Part shown: in pieces, positions 49,460-60,081 of the stretch
Numbering within the stretch: position 1 is the first letter of the stretch
How the letters are laid out: each line of letters begins with the position of its first letter
Virus record (IMG/VR): IMGVR_UViG_3300021167_000098
Location: 30,499-94,498 of that record
DNA from: a virus
Lineage: Duplodnaviria; Caudoviricetes
Direction: 5' to 3' (one strand)
Length of the DNA: 64,000 bases
Program-made: the position numbers and the translations under genes
The notes under the pieces: model-generated
What the model was told of the DNA's origin: nothing
The model's input: only the letters and a program-made list of their open reading frames with translations
Database searches by the model: none

Positions 49460-51007
49460 TTATGCTGCTAATGCTGGTCTGAATACTGCAAGTTTAGTTA
49501 CATCTTTAACTCTAATACCATAAGTATCTTTGTATAACAATTCATACCAAGCTCCAGGGTGTGCACATGTAAATCCATTTTGCATAGAATTACCTGAATT
49601 GATTGGACCTGCTGGAGACCAAACACCACAGTAGTATGTATAAACTTGTTGAGAATGTGTTCTTTCTAACAATTCAATGTTACCATTGATACCATTACCC
49701 ATACCATAATCTAACAAGTAAAACTCATAAGATGTAAGTGGTAAGTTAGAATCTGGATCAACAATACCCCCATTAAGTTCTCTACTGTCTAATATAGGCC
49801 AGTGTTCTACTCTTAATGAACCAAATGGGAAGAATGCAGTTTCTACTGGATGTAAAGTATTAATCTTAAATCCATTCCAGTTTTTAGAATCCCAAGATCC
49901 TGCTGATTTAGTAGCATCTGCAAATTCCAAAGGAACTCCACTTACTGCAAATTTCTCAGCTAACCATTTATTCCACAATCTGAATCCACCAATACCAGTG
50001 TACATTACTATGTCTCTGCTACCATATGCTACTTTATCATCAAAGATACCTTCAAGGTACTCTTCAAACATTTCAACTGATCCACCATGTCTTGGATATG
50101 TAAATTCATTACCATCCTCAAGGAATTCAATTAAACCAGATCCTCTTTGAATAGGAAGTCCTGATGTAGAATCTATAATGTTCTTACCAGATGCTCTTCC
50201 ATAAAACAAAGTATGTTCTTTTTCTAGTTTATTATCAACAATAAACTGAGCTTCAATCTGAGTGATGATCTTATCTGGATAAGCTTTATCCTTAATTGGA
50301 TTACCATCATCTCCACATGAAACAATTCTTAACATTAATTCATGTCCATTATCAGTTACAGTTGCTTTCTTAGCTACTCTTGATAAATCAGATTCAAATT
50401 CCATCCAAGATAAACCTGAGAATAAGAATGATCCATAAGCAGAAGATGCTTCAGATACTGCACTTGATGTCTTCACCCATTGAATACCTGGTTCAAGTAA
50501 TTCAGGTGGAAAATATGTATTTTGATTAGAGTTTATGTATTGTACTACATATTCTGTTCCTTCAGCATGTCCGTTAGGAGCTTGCATTACTCTAACCTCA
50601 CAATCCTTTGCAATGAAAGGAGCTAAGATATCTGATTCAACATAAACATCTGCATCTAATACAATGCTAAATGGTGTTGATCTAATACCTGGTGTTGCAG
50701 AGTTAGTGGTTTTAAACTTAGCAATTGGATTAATTTTTCCAGTTCCTTTAAGTTTCCACTTAACTGTGTTTGCATCAACTTTTTGTACTCTTCCTGACTT
50801 AGATAAAAAGTCCATCAATGGAGTCTTACCTGAAGTAATAGAAGGAACAGCAGTTGAAATTGTTTCCATCATAGGTCCAGTTAGATCTACTACATTCTGG
50901 GCATATGGATTTCTTGAAAGTAATACGTTCTCAGTAGCCACGTTTGCCCAATAATTGGATTGTGCTGATTCTTCATATACTTTAAATTTACTTACTAATG
51001 GTCTCAT
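49460..51007 (-). CDS. Major capsid protein (crAss-like)
   Basis: 515 aa two genes after the portal; VKWKLKG, GLIEFLE, VMYTGIGG, VEHWPILD and YGIRVKD motifs fit crAss-like MCPs. Confidence 0.85.
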   Translation of the reverse strand: MRPLVSKFKVYEESAQSNYWANVATENVLLSRNPYAQNVVDLTGPMMETISTAVPSITSGKTPLMDFLSKSGRVQKVDANTVKWKLKGTGKINPIAKFKTTNSATPGIRSTPFSIVLDADVYVESDILAPFIAKDCEVRVMQAPNGHAEGTEYVVQYINSNQNTYFPPELLEPGIQWVKTSSAVSEASSAYGSFLFSGLSWMEFESDLSRVAKKATVTDNGHELMLRIVSCGDDGNPIKDKAYPDKIITQIEAQFIVDNKLEKEHTLFYGRASGKNIIDSTSGLPIQRGSGLIEFLEDGNEFTYPRHGGSVEMFEEYLEGIFDDKVAYGSRDIVMYTGIGGFRLWNKWLAEKFAVSGVPLEFADATKSAGSWDSKNWNGFKINTLHPVETAFFPFGSLRVEHWPILDSRELNGGIVDPDSNLPLTSYEFYLLDYGMGNGINGNIELLERTHSQQVYTYYCGVWSPAGPINSGNSMQNGFTCAHPGAWYELLYKDTYGIRVKDVTKLAVFRPALAA

Positions 51008-51017
51008 TTAAATTATT

Positions 51018-52148
51018 TTATATATTATGTTCTCCAACCAATTTGGATTCATTGTTAGTTCCAAATATGTTGTAATTGTTATTTTTGTTAATAGCTTTTT
51101 CTTTACTTATTGAATTACTTAATTTTGCTCCAAGTACATCATTTATCTGATTATCTCTTGATTTAACAACTTTGTTTGCTATCTTAGTAAACTTAAATCC
51201 ATCAAGTAATAATTTGGTAAATGTAAGTTGCCATTCAGCATTATTGTTATATTCTTCAAGTAATGCTTGATACTTAGTTATTTTATATTGTTTCTTTCTA
51301 CCATTAGCATCAGTTTCTTCAACTAACTCTGTTGGTTCATAAAGAGCTTTCTTAATATCTTTAGCTTCCCTATCTGTAATTTCAATACCTCCAAGAACTT
51401 TAGCACTTAATATAGTATCTACCTTTCTTTTGTTGTCTTCAATCATTTGTGCTTCAGCAGCTAGCTCTTGAGCATATTGTGCTTTCCTAGCTTCAATAAG
51501 TTGCTCATCTTTCTTATAGAAATAATCTTGTGCTGTCAAAGCTTCCTCATAAGTATCTTTATTAGCTTTAGATAACTCTAACATTTGTTCTACTTTAGCA
51601 TCACTAAATCCTTTCTCTCTATAGAAAGCTTTAATTAAAAGTTCTCTGTTAGATATATCCTCATCATCATCTATGTTTAAAGTAGCATATGACTGATTTT
51701 CAAAAGATTGTTTAAGTTCTTCTATTGAACCACCATTTCTAAGAAATTCAATATCTCTTTTAAACTGTTCATTATATCCTTGTTGAGCATATTCTGATTC
51801 TAGTTCAGGTCTTACTTCTTCCTTAGTCTTGTCTCTAAGAATTTCAAGTAATTCCTTACCTGTCATTTTAGGATCAATGTCTTTAGGATCAAAAGCAAAT
51901 CCATCATCTATATATGCTTTTAAGATAATTGCTGATGTACTAAAATTAGAATCATCAATATCTTCTTGAATTGGAGTATCTTCTGCAACTACTTCAGGAG
52001 TAACTTCTTTAGTTATCTTTGGTGTAGGAGTAATTACTTCATCTACTGGTTTTGGAGTATCTTCTACTACCTCTGGTGTATTCTGAACCTGTCCTAATGT
52101 CCAGGCATCAAAGCTGTATTCACCTACTTCTCTTGTTTCATTTTCCAT
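51018..52148 (-). CDS. Putative scaffolding protein
   Basis: Acidic, helical 376-aa ORF between portal and MCP. Confidence 0.6.
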   Translation of the reverse strand: MENETREVGEYSFDAWTLGQVQNTPEVVEDTPKPVDEVITPTPKITKEVTPEVVAEDTPIQEDIDDSNFSTSAIILKAYIDDGFAFDPKDIDPKMTGKELLEILRDKTKEEVRPELESEYAQQGYNEQFKRDIEFLRNGGSIEELKQSFENQSYATLNIDDDEDISNRELLIKAFYREKGFSDAKVEQMLELSKANKDTYEEALTAQDYFYKKDEQLIEARKAQYAQELAAEAQMIEDNKRKVDTILSAKVLGGIEITDREAKDIKKALYEPTELVEETDANGRKKQYKITKYQALLEEYNNNAEWQLTFTKLLLDGFKFTKIANKVVKSRDNQINDVLGAKLSNSISKEKAINKNNNYNIFGTNNESKLVGEHNI

Positions 52149-52150
52149 TT

Positions 52151-54733
52151 TTAATTATTTGATTTTGGTTTAATTTTTACTTTTTTTATGTCTGTATCAG
52201 CCTTTAGTTTTGCTTCTAAAAGGTCAGCAGCAATTTGTTTAGATTGTAGTTCTAATTGTAAGATTCTATTTTTATTATTTTCATCTCTATTAGCTTCAAT
52301 TTCTCTTTCTTTTAATTCAAGATCATCATTAATGTTATCCTGATCAATATCTTTTTGATTAGCAAATGTCATTGCTTCAATTAATGACCTATCATAAGCA
52401 GCATCAATATCCATTTGTTTAAGCTCTTTAGCTCTGTCATGCAATATCTGTTCTCTTCTTTCTAGAGCTTCTTCAGCTTTCTGTTGCATTTCTTGTTCAT
52501 GTGCTCTTTGATCTTCCATATCTTGTTGTCTTCTAACTTCAGCTTCTTCTGCAACATTAAGTACTTCAGCAGCTGATTTAGACCAAAGAGTCTTAATGTA
52601 TTCTGGATGATTAATAGTTCCTGCTTGTACCATCATTGGTAATACAGCTTTAGTCATATTAAGATTTTCCTGATCATCTCCAGAATTAGATACATAAACT
52701 CCAAACTTAGATTCAGTTAATGTAGATTCATCTGTTTCTAATTCTGCTATAGACATATCATCCAACACATAAGTTAATGCAGCTGGATTCTCTCTAAATT
52801 CAGTTTTAGATAATCTCATTAAGTGAGTAAGGAAATTTTCCTGTATTCTATTAAATGTTGTATATATATCCTCAGTCTGTGATAAAGACTGCATAATATT
52901 CTGTTGGTTATTAGTAGCAGTCATATAAGGACTAATCTGTCCTAACCTTGAAGGGTTATAAGACATTGCTTCTGAGGCATCTCTTTTAATCTGTTCAAGA
53001 TATTGTAAGTATCCTGCTAATTCTGATGCTCCACCACTAAGATTTATTTCTTTAAATAACTGAGCTTCATGTGGACTCATATTAGTAGTATCAATAAGAG
53101 CAAGACCTTCTTTAAAGAATCCCATCCATTTTCCCCAAGTCCAATCTTTAGGTTTAGATGCAAAGGAAGTCATTAATAACTTACCTCTATCTGATTTTAT
53201 AAGGTGGTTTATCTTAGACCTAATAACATTATAATCATAGATATAAGGTTTAGCTTTATCCAGAGGAGCTAAGAATTTAGTTTCCCCATAGAAACTATTC
53301 CATGCTAATCCATGATAAGGTCCTTTTAATTCAAAAGGATTATCTAAACTTCTATATTGATCTGGAATAGGTCTTTTTAAAAGATAAACAGCATTGGAAG
53401 AAGAGCCATAATGTAACTTAACTACTTCATAAAGTTGAGGCAACCAAACTTCTTTTTCTTCTATATCTCCATTAAGTGGATTAAATTCATATTCTCCATC
53501 AAACCATATAAGTTCTTCTGATGTTTCTCCATCTTCTCCTTCTACAAGTCTGGTTATATATTTAAATAAAGTTAATGATTTAAATACAATATGATGATGT
53601 ACAACAGGAGCAGTTCCATCAGAACCATAGAATACTTTCTCATAAGCATTCCTCATCTTAGCCTGACCTTTCTTAGTAAGAAGATCAGCATTTTCTAATC
53701 CATGATGATTAGGGTCTAAAGCAACTTCAGATACTAACTTAGATTCTGCATATGATTCAACACTTGTATTAGCATAGAAGGTATCATAAAATTCATCAAG
53801 TTTCTCCTGATCTTTTTTAGTTAATATAGATCCATATCTTTTATATACTTCTGGAAAAGATATATTTTCTTCATATACCCACCAATCACCATCTTCAATA
53901 AAGTCTATATTTTCTGAACCTCCCCATCTAAACTTAGTAGGTTTAACAACTTCAGCTACAACCTTACCATTTCTTATTCCTCCATACATTATAGGAAGTC
54001 CAGTAATAATAAGATTCTTAAATGTTTGTGTAAATTTGTATTTAAGCTTTAATTCTCTAAGATAATATTCCATTATCTTTTGTCCTTGAATAGAAGATGC
54101 TCCTTTAAACTCTTTTCTCATATACCTGTGTATATCTTTAGGAGTCATAGCTTCAACCTCTTGTCCAACTTGTTGTTGCATTTGTTGTTGCTGTTCAGGA
54201 CTAATCATTGGCTCTCCAGTCTCAGGATCAACCTGAGCATTCTGCATTGCTTCTTCTTGTATTCTCTGAGTTATCTGTTGTACTATAGGATCAATTATTC
54301 TTTTCTGAATACTTTGCTGTACAAGTTCCTGTCTTTTTCTTTTTATTTCATTTAATCCATTTTCAGATACATCTACACATATTGGAACAAAAGGTCTTTT
54401 CTCCTGATCTCCAACCATAGAAGATGCAATGGATGCTATAATATCATAATGTCTTGTTTGATTAGTTCCACCAACACCTTCTTGTTGTAATGACATTAAT
54501 GTAGAAAGATCATTGTAGTCTGTTGCTTGACCTCTACTATTGTAAAGATCATAGTTCATTTGCATTTTCTTAACCAAGTCAATATCCATACCAGATTGGT
54601 AACCTACCATCATATCTGCTATCTCTTCAAACCACTCACCATTCTTGGCATCTTTCTGTTTGTTTGTAATCTTCTGATTAAAAACATTTATTTTATTTTT
54701 ATCTGTCTTACTAGTATTGGTAGTAGAAGTCAT
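52151..54733 (-). CDS. Portal protein
   Basis: 860 aa directly after TerL; NYDLYN, HYDII...G....RPF, KPYIYDYNV and RLGQI motifs, and a C-terminal coiled coil with DIDQDNIND. Confidence 0.85.
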   Translation of the reverse strand: MTSTTNTSKTDKNKINVFNQKITNKQKDAKNGEWFEEIADMMVGYQSGMDIDLVKKMQMNYDLYNSRGQATDYNDLSTLMSLQQEGVGGTNQTRHYDIIASIASSMVGDQEKRPFVPICVDVSENGLNEIKRKRQELVQQSIQKRIIDPIVQQITQRIQEEAMQNAQVDPETGEPMISPEQQQQMQQQVGQEVEAMTPKDIHRYMRKEFKGASSIQGQKIMEYYLRELKLKYKFTQTFKNLIITGLPIMYGGIRNGKVVAEVVKPTKFRWGGSENIDFIEDGDWWVYEENISFPEVYKRYGSILTKKDQEKLDEFYDTFYANTSVESYAESKLVSEVALDPNHHGLENADLLTKKGQAKMRNAYEKVFYGSDGTAPVVHHHIVFKSLTLFKYITRLVEGEDGETSEELIWFDGEYEFNPLNGDIEEKEVWLPQLYEVVKLHYGSSSNAVYLLKRPIPDQYRSLDNPFELKGPYHGLAWNSFYGETKFLAPLDKAKPYIYDYNVIRSKINHLIKSDRGKLLMTSFASKPKDWTWGKWMGFFKEGLALIDTTNMSPHEAQLFKEINLSGGASELAGYLQYLEQIKRDASEAMSYNPSRLGQISPYMTATNNQQNIMQSLSQTEDIYTTFNRIQENFLTHLMRLSKTEFRENPAALTYVLDDMSIAELETDESTLTESKFGVYVSNSGDDQENLNMTKAVLPMMVQAGTINHPEYIKTLWSKSAAEVLNVAEEAEVRRQQDMEDQRAHEQEMQQKAEEALERREQILHDRAKELKQMDIDAAYDRSLIEAMTFANQKDIDQDNINDDLELKEREIEANRDENNKNRILQLELQSKQIAADLLEAKLKADTDIKKVKIKPKSNN

Positions 54734-57700
54734 TATTTATTTGTTTATCTCTTTGTAAAAAAAATTCATCAATCTCTTCATATTTTCTGTTATTAGCAGC
54801 TTCTTCTATTGGCTCTTCAGTTTCCTGAGACATCCATAGTGCAAGAATCATAGCAGACCTTAAATGGTCATAGTTACCTTCACCATTGAATATTTCTAAT
54901 TCATTAAGTAATCTCAATGAATATATATGATCAATGTTGGTTTCAGTTACTATTCCAAACTCATTTACTTTTCTTGGATTTAATAGCCACTGTCTCAATA
55001 ATTGAATTGATTGCTCTTGTAACGTTTTAGAAGTCATATCAATTCCAACTTCATATTTAAAAGATGGATTTTTTAATATCTTACCAATTGCAACTGTAAG
55101 TGCAGGTTGTAACATATTGTATTTACCTACCATTTCACAATATCTAATCATGTCAGATATGTTTGTCTCAGGTAATATTTTTGCATTATAGTAGTGAGCA
55201 AGTTTAATTGCTATCTCATGCATATCATTAACCTTATCTAACCTACCTACATACTCAGCTACAATAGTATCCTGAAATCCTGCTTCCCATAAATTAGATG
55301 AAAATCCTTTATAAACTAATATTGAACATAATGATGTACCACCTTTATCATCTTTAACAGGGTCATAAGTAATCTTATATAATGATCTTTTGTATGTTGG
55401 ATCAGGTATAATGGATGGTGGATGTTCATAAATAACTATACCACTGGTATAATCATGATTGTATTGATCCAGGTTATAAGTAAGAATAGGTTTTAATTTC
55501 CTTTCTAAATCTGGTTTCCATTTAACTTGATTCTTATCTTTGTCAGTATATTCTAAAGTTCCAATACTCCATATCTTCTCATGGAATTTATATAAATCAA
55601 GTTCTGTCTTTCTAGCTCTGATCTTAACAACAGGAAACTTTAATCCTGCTTTGTTCATAAACATTTCAGATGGAACAATAGGTCTATTCATCATCTCATT
55701 ATCAAGCAATGATGAAGTATCAGATAAAGCTAATCCTGCTCTTACTTCCATTACATGCTCAAATGAAGCTTCAACATTGGTATTACCATTTTTATCCCTG
55801 AAATCTTCATCAGCATAATAAGCTGGAAGGAATCTACCTATTCTCTTATCTCTACCTTCATAGACATCATTAAATGATAAAAAGTCATATTCATCTGGAT
55901 TCTCAAACATCTTCTTAATTCCATCAAGTTTATCCATATTACCTGATGTACCTATAATAAACAAAGTACCAAACTTATTCTTTCTAATCATTGAGTTCTT
56001 AGCAGTACCATAGAAATCAAATATGTTACCAACTAAACCTCCTTCTTCTACAACCTGTAAGTTATTCCTTTTACCAGAAGCAACATTTGGGTTTTCAGTA
56101 GTAATAGTCTTATGTGATAGTGTTGTACCAATACCTGATACTAACCAGCTATTACCTCTTTTTCTACCAAACTTCTGAGTAAGAGGTACTTTAGCACCTG
56201 CTGTTGTACTACCACTAGATTCCTTATGGAAGAATCCAGGATAGAATACTTCTTCAAGTGAAGTCTTATCAGTGTAAGCACCAACATTACTTTGTATATA
56301 ATCTTGTGTTAACTTAATCTTAGTCATTAAGTCATTACTAAAGTCAGAAGATCCTGCTGCTAGTAGTAATTCAATAGGAGATGGTTTCTCTTTAAGTAAT
56401 ATATCATGTGATTTAATACCACTAAAATACCATTCATGGTTAAGACAACTAGCTACAAAGAATGAATTGTGAGTTACTATGTAATCATTTGTAATATAAG
56501 TATTATCAATACTATCAACAGTTATACATTGTTGTTCAACATCAATTCCAGTTTTTTCAATTTCAATAATTGGAATGAAATCTTGAGAATTATTATCTTT
56601 CTTTAATTTTAATCTTTCTAATTTTCTTGGAAGTTTAAAAATTTCTTTATTTGTATTAATAAATAGTCTATAATATTTAGTTCTTAAACAAGCATGTCCT
56701 TTTATTTCATGAGGTTGTCCTTCTCTTTTATCTTCTCCAATTTCACATCTGATACCAAGACTTCTTAATACATCTGCTAAATCTTTAATTAGTGTCAAAT
56801 TAGTATTAGTAAATTCAGAACAACCATTATTATTAATACTTCCATCAGTATCCATTAATCCTCTAACTAACTCAAGTCTTTGATTTATAGATCCAAACTT
56901 ATATTCTTCTGGAATAAATTTATTAACACAAGTTTGATTTAATCCTAATTCTTTAATTGCTTTTGTTAATCTGTTGCCTCCTGTTTGTAGATATTTATTT
57001 CCTAATTTACTAGTTAATTCAATCTTTTCTTTATCTATATCAACAATAGTATAATTATTTGTAGTTGACTCATCATACTTAAATTCAAATCCAGGTAGTC
57101 TTCTTTTAAATTCTTCTATTATAAATTCATCTGAAGATGCTATTTTAGGAGTTAATGTAGTCATTGTACCATCTCCTAATAATGCTCCTAATATGTAAGG
57201 ATCAACTGGTAATTCTTTTTCTTCAAATTCTATAGGTTTGCAATTTGGAATTCTATATTTATAAATATCTCCTTTTTTAGCATAATAACTTAACCCATTA
57301 TTAAGCATTTCTTTTGTACTAATAACTTTCTCTTTTCTATCAGCTTTCATTACTGTCCATAAATGGTCTTCACAACATTCAGCTTCTCTACCATCTTGTA
57401 ATTTAACTTTAAATACTTCTTTCATTCCTTGAGGATGTATTTGAAGTATATTACATGGTTTACCATCTCTTCCTATAACTTGATCCCCAACTCTTAAATC
57501 TCCCATTTGTTTCCATCCTAATGGAGTTAGAACAGGTGTTGTAAGTGGAGTTGCTTTCCCACCTCCTCGAGAACCAAATAAAATATAGTTCTTAGCATTA
57601 TTCTCATATACTGGAGCACCTAAAGGTTTGCTATGTGTTTGTCTTAAACACTCTAAAGGATCTAAATATTTCTTATATTCTCCATTAGGTAGTTTAACAT

Positions 57701-58127
57701 GCTTGAATTTCTCAAGTCTTATCTTCTCTTTACCAGAGAGTTTCTTACCATTTTCAATCTTTCTAATTAGATCATTACAAGTAAAGTCAGAATCAACATA
57801 TCCTGAAAAACCTCTACAAGTAAAATAATCAGTTCCCATAACCCAATCTAAATCTCTCAAGATTGGTGGAGACTCTATTGTTGAGTTAGTCTCTTCATCC
57901 TCATCAATTATCATACAGACATTAATATAGAAATATAGTTGTGGAGGCATGAATCTAAACTTACCTTTGGTTTCTTCAACCCAAAATCCTTCTACACATC
58001 TTTTTTCTACTTCTAACCAATAAGCTAAATATTCATCTTCATCCTCAACTGGATGTAATACAGGATGGTCTTGATGTAGAAATGGTTTTCTATTTAATAT
58101 ATCTGGGAATAATTTTTGTGGTTTCAT
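54711..58127 (-). CDS. terL: Terminase large subunit (intein-containing)
   Basis: Walker A GSRGGGK/S split by the intein, Walker B VVEEGG, coupling motif IGTSG, nuclease motif TYDP, and NYDH near the C-terminus. Confidence 0.92.
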   Translation of the reverse strand: MKPQKLFPDILNRKPFLHQDHPVLHPVEDEDEYLAYWLEVEKRCVEGFWVEETKGKFRFMPPQLYFYINVCMIIDEDEETNSTIESPPILRDLDWVMGTDYFTCRGFSGYVDSDFTCNDLIRKIENGKKLSGKEKIRLEKFKHVKLPNGEYKKYLDPLECLRQTHSKPLGAPVYENNAKNYILFGSRGGGKATPLTTPVLTPLGWKQMGDLRVGDQVIGRDGKPCNILQIHPQGMKEVFKVKLQDGREAECCEDHLWTVMKADRKEKVISTKEMLNNGLSYYAKKGDIYKYRIPNCKPIEFEEKELPVDPYILGALLGDGTMTTLTPKIASSDEFIIEEFKRRLPGFEFKYDESTTNNYTIVDIDKEKIELTSKLGNKYLQTGGNRLTKAIKELGLNQTCVNKFIPEEYKFGSINQRLELVRGLMDTDGSINNNGCSEFTNTNLTLIKDLADVLRSLGIRCEIGEDKREGQPHEIKGHACLRTKYYRLFINTNKEIFKLPRKLERLKLKKDNNSQDFIPIIEIEKTGIDVEQQCITVDSIDNTYITNDYIVTHNSFFVASCLNHEWYFSGIKSHDILLKEKPSPIELLLAAGSSDFSNDLMTKIKLTQDYIQSNVGAYTDKTSLEEVFYPGFFHKESSGSTTAGAKVPLTQKFGRKRGNSWLVSGIGTTLSHKTITTENPNVASGKRNNLQVVEEGGLVGNIFDFYGTAKNSMIRKNKFGTLFIIGTSGNMDKLDGIKKMFENPDEYDFLSFNDVYEGRDKRIGRFLPAYYADEDFRDKNGNTNVEASFEHVMEVRAGLALSDTSSLLDNEMMNRPIVPSEMFMNKAGLKFPVVKIRARKTELDLYKFHEKIWSIGTLEYTDKDKNQVKWKPDLERKLKPILTYNLDQYNHDYTSGIVIYEHPPSIIPDPTYKRSLYKITYDPVKDDKGGTSLCSILVYKGFSSNLWEAGFQDTIVAEYVGRLDKVNDMHEIAIKLAHYYNAKILPETNISDMIRYCEMVGKYNMLQPALTVAIGKILKNPSFKYEVGIDMTSKTLQEQSIQLLRQWLLNPRKVNEFGIVTETNIDHIYSLRLLNELEIFNGEGNYDHLRSAMILALWMSQETEEPIEEAANNRKYEEIDEFFLQRDKQINNDFYYQY
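56466..57554 (-). mobile_element. Class 3 intein (363 aa) with LAGLIDADG homing endonuclease in the TerL Walker A motif
   Basis: GGGK|ATPLTTPVLTP ... YIVTHN|SFF. Starts with Ala; WCT triad in DHLW, QCITVD and YITND; LAGLIDADG motifs LGALLGDG and VRGLMDTDG. Confidence 0.9.
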
Positions 58128-58639
58128 TAAGTATATCTTTTATCTGATGCACTCAAGTTACCTTTACCTTGTATAGTATTAGTTCCTTCAGCCTCAGCTC
58201 TCACTTTCTTTTCAATCTCCTCTAATGCTGCCCAATATGATTTAGCTTTCTCAAACATCTTGAATAACCTATCATCATCTGGACCAAACTTCAATGTTCC
58301 AAGATAAATATCCATTTCTCTGGCTTTATCTTTCCATGTCTTTAAACTTCTCTTAGATTCAGAAAGTGAATACTCATTATATAAATTAATATATAAAGTA
58401 TAATCATCCCACTTAAAATCAGGGATGTTAAGATAGTTCTTCTCAACTTCATCTTTTCTCTTTTGTCTATCTCTAATCTTTTTATATAATTTACTTTCAG
58501 GATCTTCAACAAGATAGATGCCCCACATAATACGTGAAGCATCTACATTGTTTTCTCTAAAATCCTTAAACTCAGATATTACTCTAAATTCTTGATTAAG
58601 ATCAAAGAAGTCTCTATCTAAATCAAATTCTACTATCAT
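58127..58639 (-). CDS. Hypothetical protein, possible terminase small subunit
   Basis: Helical 170 aa coupled (TAATG) to TerL; function inferred from position only. Confidence 0.5.
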   Translation of the reverse strand: MIVEFDLDRDFFDLNQEFRVISEFKDFRENNVDASRIMWGIYLVEDPESKLYKKIRDRQKRKDEVEKNYLNIPDFKWDDYTLYINLYNEYSLSESKRSLKTWKDKAREMDIYLGTLKFGPDDDRLFKMFEKAKSYWAALEEIEKKVRAEAEGTNTIQGKGNLSASDKRYT

Positions 58640-59007
58640 ACATAAGTTCCTGTAATAGTTAATCTAAAATGTGTCTTATTAGCATAATTGTGGATATCTT
58701 CATCATCATCATTCTTAATAAACAATGGTTGGTTATCATCTAAGAATACATCTATTCCTTTAGTCATAGTACCTAAAGCACCAGGAGTAAAGTCTGCTAT
58801 AATCTTATTTCCTTCTTGTCTTACATTAGCTGTACATCCACAATCTGGTTTAACTTTAACAATATGAGAAGGTAACTTATTAATTGTCCATTCTACTCTA
58901 TATGTTGATACAGCCTTTATTCCATTAGCCATATGATAAGCTGCAATTGTTCCAAGATTAAGATCTGGATTATCTACAACTCCTGTTATTCTGTTTTTCA
59001 TTTTCAA
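58636..59007 (-). CDS. DUF1573-like Ig-fold protein
   Basis: IVKVKPDCGCT motif and C-terminal LTITG.V. Confidence 0.65.
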   Translation of the reverse strand: MKMKNRITGVVDNPDLNLGTIAAYHMANGIKAVSTYRVEWTINKLPSHIVKVKPDCGCTANVRQEGNKIIADFTPGALGTMTKGIDVFLDDNQPLFIKNDDDEDIHNYANKTHFRLTITGTYV

Positions 59008-59369
59008 AGTATTTTACCTTTAAACTGTAATAAAAATTTAATATCAAACTTCTTTTTATATTCTTCCCATTCATCAACTGTCCTATAAGGACCCCATTTA
59101 CCACAATGACATGCTTCTTCTGCTAATAGCATCTTTCCCCATGTATCACAAGTGCATCCTTCACAATCAGGATTACCAATACATACTGCTTTCCCAGGAT
59201 AATTAGGATGATTATCCACAACTAAACATTGTGGACATCTTAATCTTCTATACATATTCTGTTCAACAATATGTGGTAAAGCTAATTCAGCTTCTCTTTC
59301 TTTTAATGCCATTCCATTTAAATATGCAAACCATTTAATAGGATTGATTACATCCTGCCATCTAGCCAT
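59004..59369 (-). CDS. Cys-rich (putative Zn-binding) protein
   Basis: CPQC...C...C.GC.C...C.CGKWG. Confidence 0.6.
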   Translation of the reverse strand: MARWQDVINPIKWFAYLNGMALKEREAELALPHIVEQNMYRRLRCPQCLVVDNHPNYPGKAVCIGNPDCEGCTCDTWGKMLLAEEACHCGKWGPYRTVDEWEEYKKKFDIKFLLQFKGKIL

Positions 59370-60076
59370 TACTTATCAATTGTTGAGTAAATAAAAGATT
59401 GTGGTATTAAATATGTAAGTGCATCAGCATCAGTATATTCAATCATAATTAACCTGAAGTTATATTGATCCCAATCAGATAAATTAGATACATACATTGG
59501 AATATCTTTGAGTTCAGGAAGCTTAGATACATCTACTCCAGTTCCTCTTTCATTATAAGCAGCAGCTAATTCAGCATAATCTGGATTAGGTCTTACTCCC
59601 ATAATATGATCAGTCACTTTAACTATATCTCCCTCCTTAACTTTTGATCTGAAATCATCAGATACATTACCCAGTTTAATAACTTTAGCATAAGATGATA
59701 TTCTTGTAGTACCTTCTTGTGCTTCATCAGGAATATAAATTCCTCCTTCTGTTACATTATTAGTAAGTTTCTTTTCAACTATTCTAAAGACTCTAATAAG
59801 AACTTCTGATTTAAGGAAGTTAAACTTAGCATAATCATTTAGATATGAATCATCTGCTATAAATTCAGCATACTGTTCATCAAATTGTTTCTGTAAGTTC
59901 TCAGCTTTCTGTCTTTTATACTCTGCTTCTTTCTCAGCTCTCTCCTTTTGTTTAGCCACAAAGGTCTCATAATTTTCTTCAGAGATAACTTTATTCTCTG
60001 GAAGGATTAGTTTTTGAGGTTTATTGTTCCCCATGTAGAAAGTTTTACTTTCTTTAAATTTAGCTTTCTCTGCCAT
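59369..60076 (-). CDS. GroES-like co-chaperonin with N-terminal coiled-coil extension
   Basis: VLIRV...TEGGIYIPD...AKVIKLG...VKEGDIV matches the GroES mobile loop and following strands. Confidence 0.65.
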   Translation of the reverse strand: MAEKAKFKESKTFYMGNNKPQKLILPENKVISEENYETFVAKQKERAEKEAEYKRQKAENLQKQFDEQYAEFIADDSYLNDYAKFNFLKSEVLIRVFRIVEKKLTNNVTEGGIYIPDEAQEGTTRISSYAKVIKLGNVSDDFRSKVKEGDIVKVTDHIMGVRPNPDYAELAAAYNERGTGVDVSKLPELKDIPMYVSNLSDWDQYNFRLIMIEYTDADALTYLIPQSFIYSTIDK

Positions 60077-60081
60077 TTTGA

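Noticed and set aside
472-57828. Short plus-strand ORFs in the track (472, 6847, 7183, 10591, 11197, 14172, 23100, 33189 and others)
   Set aside because: They are antisense shadows of long minus-strand genes with Ser/Leu/Ile-rich composition and no recognisable motifs.
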